A stretch of 20,361 nt of DNA from a virus (lineage: Duplodnaviria; Heunggongvirae; Uroviricota; Caudoviricetes), in the IMG/VR virus record IMGVR_UViG_2734482780_000011, positions 1-20,361 of that record; one strand, 5' to 3'. Within the stretch, counting starts at the first letter, position 1; each line of letters starts with the position of its first letter. A program made the position numbers and the translations under genes. Below are positions 16,101 to 20,361 of this stretch, one piece after another. A model generated the notes under the pieces. The model saw only the letters and a list, made by a program, of their open reading frames with translations, ran no database searches and was not told the origin of the DNA.

Positions 16101-17197
16101 ATTTCAGCTCTGAACTGCTTAACAAAGGCAACAAAACTCCGGCATTCAGCATCAGTATTGAGGGTAAGGATATCACCACTGTGCTGGATAACCGCCTGAT
16201 GAGTCTGACGCTGACGGACAATCGGGGCTTTGAAGCGGACCAGCTTGATCTGGAGCTGGACGACGCCGACGGAAAAATCGTGCTGCCGCGCCGTGGTGCG
16301 GTCATTACGCTGGCGTTGGGCTGGAAGGGGCAGTCGCTTTTCCCGAAAGGAGCATTCACGGTGGACGAGATTGAACACACTGGCGCACCGGACCGCCTGA
16401 CTATCCGGGCGCGAAGTGCTGATTTTCGTGAAACCCTGAATATCCGCCGTGAAAAATCGTGGCACAAGACCACCGTTGGGGAAGTGGTGAAGGAAATAGC
16501 TGTGCGGCACAAACTGAAGATGGCATTGGGTGAAGACCTGTCGGATAAACCTGTGGAACATATAGACCAGACCAATGAGAGTGACGGCAGTTTTCTGATG
16601 CGGCTGGCGCGCCAGTACGGTGCTATTGCGTCGGTGAAAAATGGCAATCTGTTATTCATCCGGCAGGGACAGGGTAAAAGCGCCAGCGGTAAACCACTAC
16701 CGGTTATCACTATCACACGTAAGGACGGCGACAGTCACCGCTTTACCCTGGCAGATCGCGGAGCCTACACGGGCGTAATTGCCAGCTGGTTGCATACCCG
16801 CGAACCCGCGAAGAAAGAAAGCACCACGGTGAAGCGTAAGCGCAGGACTAAGAAGCAGAAGAAAGAGCCGGAAGCGAAGCAGGGCGATTACCTGGTGGGT
16901 ACAGATGAAAACGTGCTGGTACTTAATCGCACCTATGCCAACCGGAGCAACGCCGAACGGGCGGCGAAAATGCAGTGGGAACGCCTGCAACGTGGCGTTG
17001 CGTCATTCTCGCTACAACTGGCAGAAGGTCGGGCGGATCTCTACACGGAAATGCCAGTGAAAGTCAGAGGCTTTAAACAGCCGATAGATGATGCGGAATG
17101 GACTATTACCACCCTGACGCATACTGTCAATCCGGATAACGGTTTTACGACCAGTCTGGAGCTTGAAGTGAAGATTAATGATTTCGAAATGGAATGA
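16097..17197 (+). CDS. D: Tail protein gpD-like
   Basis: 366 aa, GTGA overlap with the U stop, located immediately before ogr as in P2/186. Confidence 0.8.
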   Translation: MNFSSELLNKGNKTPAFSISIEGKDITTVLDNRLMSLTLTDNRGFEADQLDLELDDADGKIVLPRRGAVITLALGWKGQSLFPKGAFTVDEIEHTGAPDRLTIRARSADFRETLNIRREKSWHKTTVGEVVKEIAVRHKLKMALGEDLSDKPVEHIDQTNESDGSFLMRLARQYGAIASVKNGNLLFIRQGQGKSASGKPLPVITITRKDGDSHRFTLADRGAYTGVIASWLHTREPAKKESTTVKRKRRTKKQKKEPEAKQGDYLVGTDENVLVLNRTYANRSNAERAAKMQWERLQRGVASFSLQLAEGRADLYTEMPVKVRGFKQPIDDAEWTITTLTHTVNPDNGFTTSLELEVKINDFEME

Positions 17198-17287
17198 TTC
17201 TTCGTAATAGAGAACTTTTAAGTTTTCAAAATGGAATAATGCGGTATCATTATTGTGAATTTAGCAAAAATGGGGAGAACTCGAAAA

Positions 17288-17506
17288 ATGATGATTTGCC
17301 CACTGTGTGGAAGTGCCGCCCATACTCGCAGCAGTTTTCAGGTATCTTCATTGACCAAAGAGCGTTACAACCAGTGCCAGAACATTAACTGCAGCCATAC
17401 TTTTGTTACCCATGAAACTTTTGTTCGTTCGATTGCAACGCTAAAAGAGTCAAATCCGGTTCAGCCGCATCCAATGAAATCAGGACAGGTGGCGCTCTCT
17501 CTTTGA
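17288..17506 (+). CDS. ogr: Late gene transcription activator Ogr/B (zinc finger)
   Basis: MMICPLCGSAAHTRSS...CQNINCSHTF matches the Ogr CxxC-N22-CxxxxC pattern; 72 aa from ATG 17288 (GGGGAGA upstream). Confidence 0.85.
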   Translation: MMICPLCGSAAHTRSSFQVSSLTKERYNQCQNINCSHTFVTHETFVRSIATLKESNPVQPHPMKSGQVALSL

Positions 17507-17508
17507 CT

Positions 17509-17529
17509 CTGCCGCCAATTTGTCGCCAT
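17509..17529. repeat. Candidate attR core, direct repeat of 21..41
   Basis: ctgccgccaatttgtcgccat, 3 nt after the ogr stop. Confidence 0.5.
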
Positions 17530-17582
17530 CGTTAAAAAACAGTGCTTCTAACATCATGATTTTAAACGGCATAAATTTCAGG

Positions 17583-17629
17583 CAACAAAAAACCCATCAA
17601 CCTTGAACCGAAATGGCGGGGTTGATGGG
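17583..17629 (-). terminator. Rho-independent terminator downstream of ybjL (minus strand)
   Basis: 10-bp perfect stem cccatcaacc / ggttgatggg followed on the minus strand by TTTTTTGTT. Confidence 0.6.
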
Positions 17630-17741
17630 CTCCACAAAATGGGGACATCAAAGAAAAGCAGTGGCACTAATTAAGACTGATGCCCTGCGGAAAAGTTCTG
17701 CGGTTGTGCAAAAAAATTTCATTTTCAGGGCAACTTCAGTT

Positions 17742-19427
17742 TTATCCTAATCCTGGCCATACCATGACGATGATTGTCCCTGCCAGCGTCAGCAGGACGT
17801 TGGCGATTGCGTAGGTGCCCGCATAGCCCAGCGCAGGGATGTTACTGCGAGCTGTATCACTGATGATCTCCATTGCCGGCGCGCAGGTGCGTGCGCCCAT
17901 CATTGCGCCGAACAACAGTGCGCGGTTCATTCGCAATACATAAGCACCGAACAAGAAACAGATAACCACGGGCACAAGACTGACAATTAATCCGGCAATC
18001 AACATCTGACCGCCAATCGCGCCCAGGCCGTTATTAATACCGCTACCGGCGCTCAGACCAACGCCTGCCATAAACACCATCAAGCCGAACTCTTTCACCA
18101 TGCTTAATGCACCTTGCGGAATGTAACCGAAGGTCGGGTGGTTAGCACGCATAAAGCCCAGCATAATTCCGGCGAATAACAACCCGGCAGCGTTCCCCAT
18201 GCCGAAACTGAATGTGCTGAACTGGAAGGTGATCATCCCGATCATCAGCCCAATAACAAAGAAGGCGCAAAATGCCAGCAGGTCAGTGACCTGGCTGTGA
18301 ATCGAGATAAAGCCGATGCGATCGGCGATGGTTTTTACGCGACGGGCATCACCGCTGACTTGTAAAACGTCACCTTTGTTAAGCACGACGTTGTCATCTA
18401 TCGGCATCTCAATCTGGCTACGAATGACGCGGTTAAGGAAGCAACCGTGATCGGTCAACTTCAGTTGTGCGAGACGTTTACCTACAGCGTTATGGTTTTT
18501 AACGACCACTTCTTCAGTGACGATACGCATGTCGAGAAGGTCACGATCGAAAACTTCTTTACCGTTACGGAAGCTGGGATCGAGTCGGGCATGGGCGTCG
18601 GGATAGCCTACCAACGCTATTTCATCGCCCATTTGTAGCACGGCATCACCGTCTGGATTTGCCAGAATCCCGTTACGTCGAATACGTTCAATGTAGCAGC
18701 CGGTTTGTCGATAAATACCCAGTTCACGCAGATTTTTGCCGTCGGTCCAGGCCACCAGCTCCGGGCCGACGCGATAGGCGCGGATCACCGGTAAATAAAC
18801 CTTACGGTTGGCATCAGTGTCCAGGCCACGTTCGCGGGCGATTTGCTGGGCGCTGGTCTGTAAGTCCTGATGCTGCAATTTCGGCAAGTAACGCGCACCA
18901 ACAATCAAACTCACCAGACCGATTAAATAGGTTAAGGCATACCCGAGGCTCAGATTATCCAGTGCCAGTGAGAGCTGCCTGCTTTCCATGCCGGAATGAC
19001 GCAGTGTATCGCCAGCACCGACCAGAACCGGTGTCGACGTCATAGAGCCTGCTAACATACCGGCCGTCAGGCCAATATCCCAGCCAAACAGCTTACCTAA
19101 CCCTAAGGCGATCACCAGCGCACTGCCAACCATCACCAGTGCTAACATTAGGTAATTTTTCCCATCGCGAAAAAAAATGGAAAAAAAGTTCGGTCCGGCT
19201 TCGACCCCGACGCAGAAAATAAACAGCATAAAGCCAAGATTAAGCGCATCGGTGTTAATGCTGAAATGTTGTTGGCCTAATAACAGCGATACGACTAAAA
19301 CGCCAATGGAATTACCCAGTTGGATCGAACCAAGTCGTAACTTTCCGAGACATAGCCCAAGCGCGAGGACCACAAATAATAACAGAATGTAATTCCCATT
19401 TAACAATTCGGCGACGTTTATATTCAC
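17742..19427 (-). CDS. ybjL: Putative AAE-family transporter YbjL (chromosomal)
   Basis: 561-aa membrane protein starting [33 protein letters not shown], recognised as E. coli YbjL; followed by ybjM and grxA in the K-12 order. Confidence 0.9.
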
Positions 19428-19696
19428 GGAGGCTAACTTCTTGTTTACTAGTAAGCTGTTGAAAGAAATGGTAATTTACGATAATGTTTTTTACCAGAAT
19501 TCAGGGCGCAGATTCATTCAGCGCACCTAAACGATAGTAAAGTAACAATATATTTTACTAGTGTAATCACATTAGGTATCAACGGCTATATGAATTGCGT
19601 TGGCCTATATTAGCATGGAATGCGAAGCGGCTTTATCTTACTGAACGCCACACTGGCGAAAAATGTGTTCGATAGACGCAGTGTCAGGAGGAACGA

Positions 19697-20074
19697 GTGA
19701 AACATAAACAACGTTGGGCGGGGGCAATCTGCTGTTTTGTCCTCTTCATTGTGGTGTGCCTTTTTCTGGCGACGCACATGAAAGGCGCTTTTCGGGCTGC
19801 CGGGCATCCTGAAATCGGCTTGCTATTTTTCATTCTTCCTGGAGCAGTGGCCAGCTTCTTTTCACAGCGTAGAGAAGTCCTGAAACCTCTGTTTGGCGCA
19901 ATGCTGGCGGCACCCTGTTCGATGCTCATTATGCGGCTGTTTTTTTCACCGACGCGCTCATTCTGGCAAGAGCTGGCATGGTTACTAAGCGCGGTGTTCT
20001 GGTGTGCGCTGGGGGCACTGTGTTTCTTATTTATCAGTAGTTTGTTTAAACCACAGCACAGAAAAAATCAGTAA
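19697..20074 (+). CDS. ybjM: Inner membrane protein YbjM (chromosomal)
   Basis: 125-aa hydrophobic protein between ybjL and grxA, as in E. coli K-12. Confidence 0.85.
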   Translation: MKHKQRWAGAICCFVLFIVVCLFLATHMKGAFRAAGHPEIGLLFFILPGAVASFFSQRREVLKPLFGAMLAAPCSMLIMRLFFSPTRSFWQELAWLLSAVFWCALGALCFLFISSLFKPQHRKNQ

Positions 20075-20094
20075 AGCCCTCAACGCGAGGGCTT
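20074..20094. terminator. Hairpin terminator between convergent ybjM and grxA
   Basis: 8-bp stem aagccctc / gagggctt with loop aacgc; T-run on the minus strand side. Confidence 0.5.
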
Positions 20095-20103
20095 GTCAGA
20101 CGA

Positions 20104-20361
20104 TCAGGCGTCCAGATTTTCTTTCACCCATGCAGCAAAATCGGTATAGCCGCCGATATGTTGCTGATCGACAAAAATCTGCGGCACGGTTTCTACGGGT
20201 TTACCTGCCTTTTGTTGTAGATCTTCTTTAGTGATCCCTTCCGCACGAATATCTACATACTGATACTGAAAATCATCGCGTTCATTGCTCAATTTCTCAG
20301 CCAGATCTTTTGCACGCACACAGTAAGGGCAACCCGAACGACCAAAAATAACGGTTTGCAT
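20104..20361 (-). CDS. grxA: Glutaredoxin 1
   Basis: MQTVIFGRSGCPYCVRAKDLAEKL... with the CPYC active site; 85 aa; start codon at the window edge. Confidence 0.95.
   Translation of the reverse strand: MQTVIFGRSGCPYCVRAKDLAEKLSNERDDFQYQYVDIRAEGITKEDLQQKAGKPVETVPQIFVDQQHIGGYTDFAAWVKENLDA

Noticed and set aside
15126-16990. Minus-strand ORFs (105, 106, 63, 65, 216, 215, 97 aa) overlapping T, U and D
   Set aside because: Antisense to well-supported tail genes with translational coupling; arginine/serine-rich composition typical of out-of-frame translation.
17507-17741. A tRNA gene at the integration site
   Set aside because: No cloverleaf-compatible sequence or conserved tRNA boxes seen in the ogr-to-ybjL interval; the hairpin there is better explained as the ybjL terminator.
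18447-19392. Plus-strand ORFs (63, 128, 71 aa) inside ybjL
   Set aside because: They overlap a conserved chromosomal transporter gene on the opposite strand; no independent start signals.

Overview
The window is a degraded 186/P2-family prophage (about 1 to 17530) inserted beside the chromosomal genes ybjL, ybjM and grxA (17742 to 20361). The prophage keeps its lysogeny module (int, cI, apl, cII), an early region with a TraR-like zinc-finger gene and a Dam methylase, a LexA-controlled Tum/DinI-like module, a cos-like site, and the late genes Q, a P fragment, a T fragment, U, D and ogr. Most morphogenesis genes and the replication initiator are absent, so it cannot be a viable phage. Three cargo loci sit at module boundaries: (1) an AT-rich 488-aa gene between cI and int, translationally coupled to the repressor, with a possible HEPN-like RNNSAH motif; (2) a DarT/DarG pair upstream of cos; (3) a two-gene module between cos and the portal gene, made of a short HipA-like kinase followed by a protein that joins a HipA-N/HipS-like domain to a HIRAN-like domain. 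The third is the best candidate for an undescribed system, and the 488-aa gene is the second. All protein family calls are from reading motifs by eye; no searches were run.
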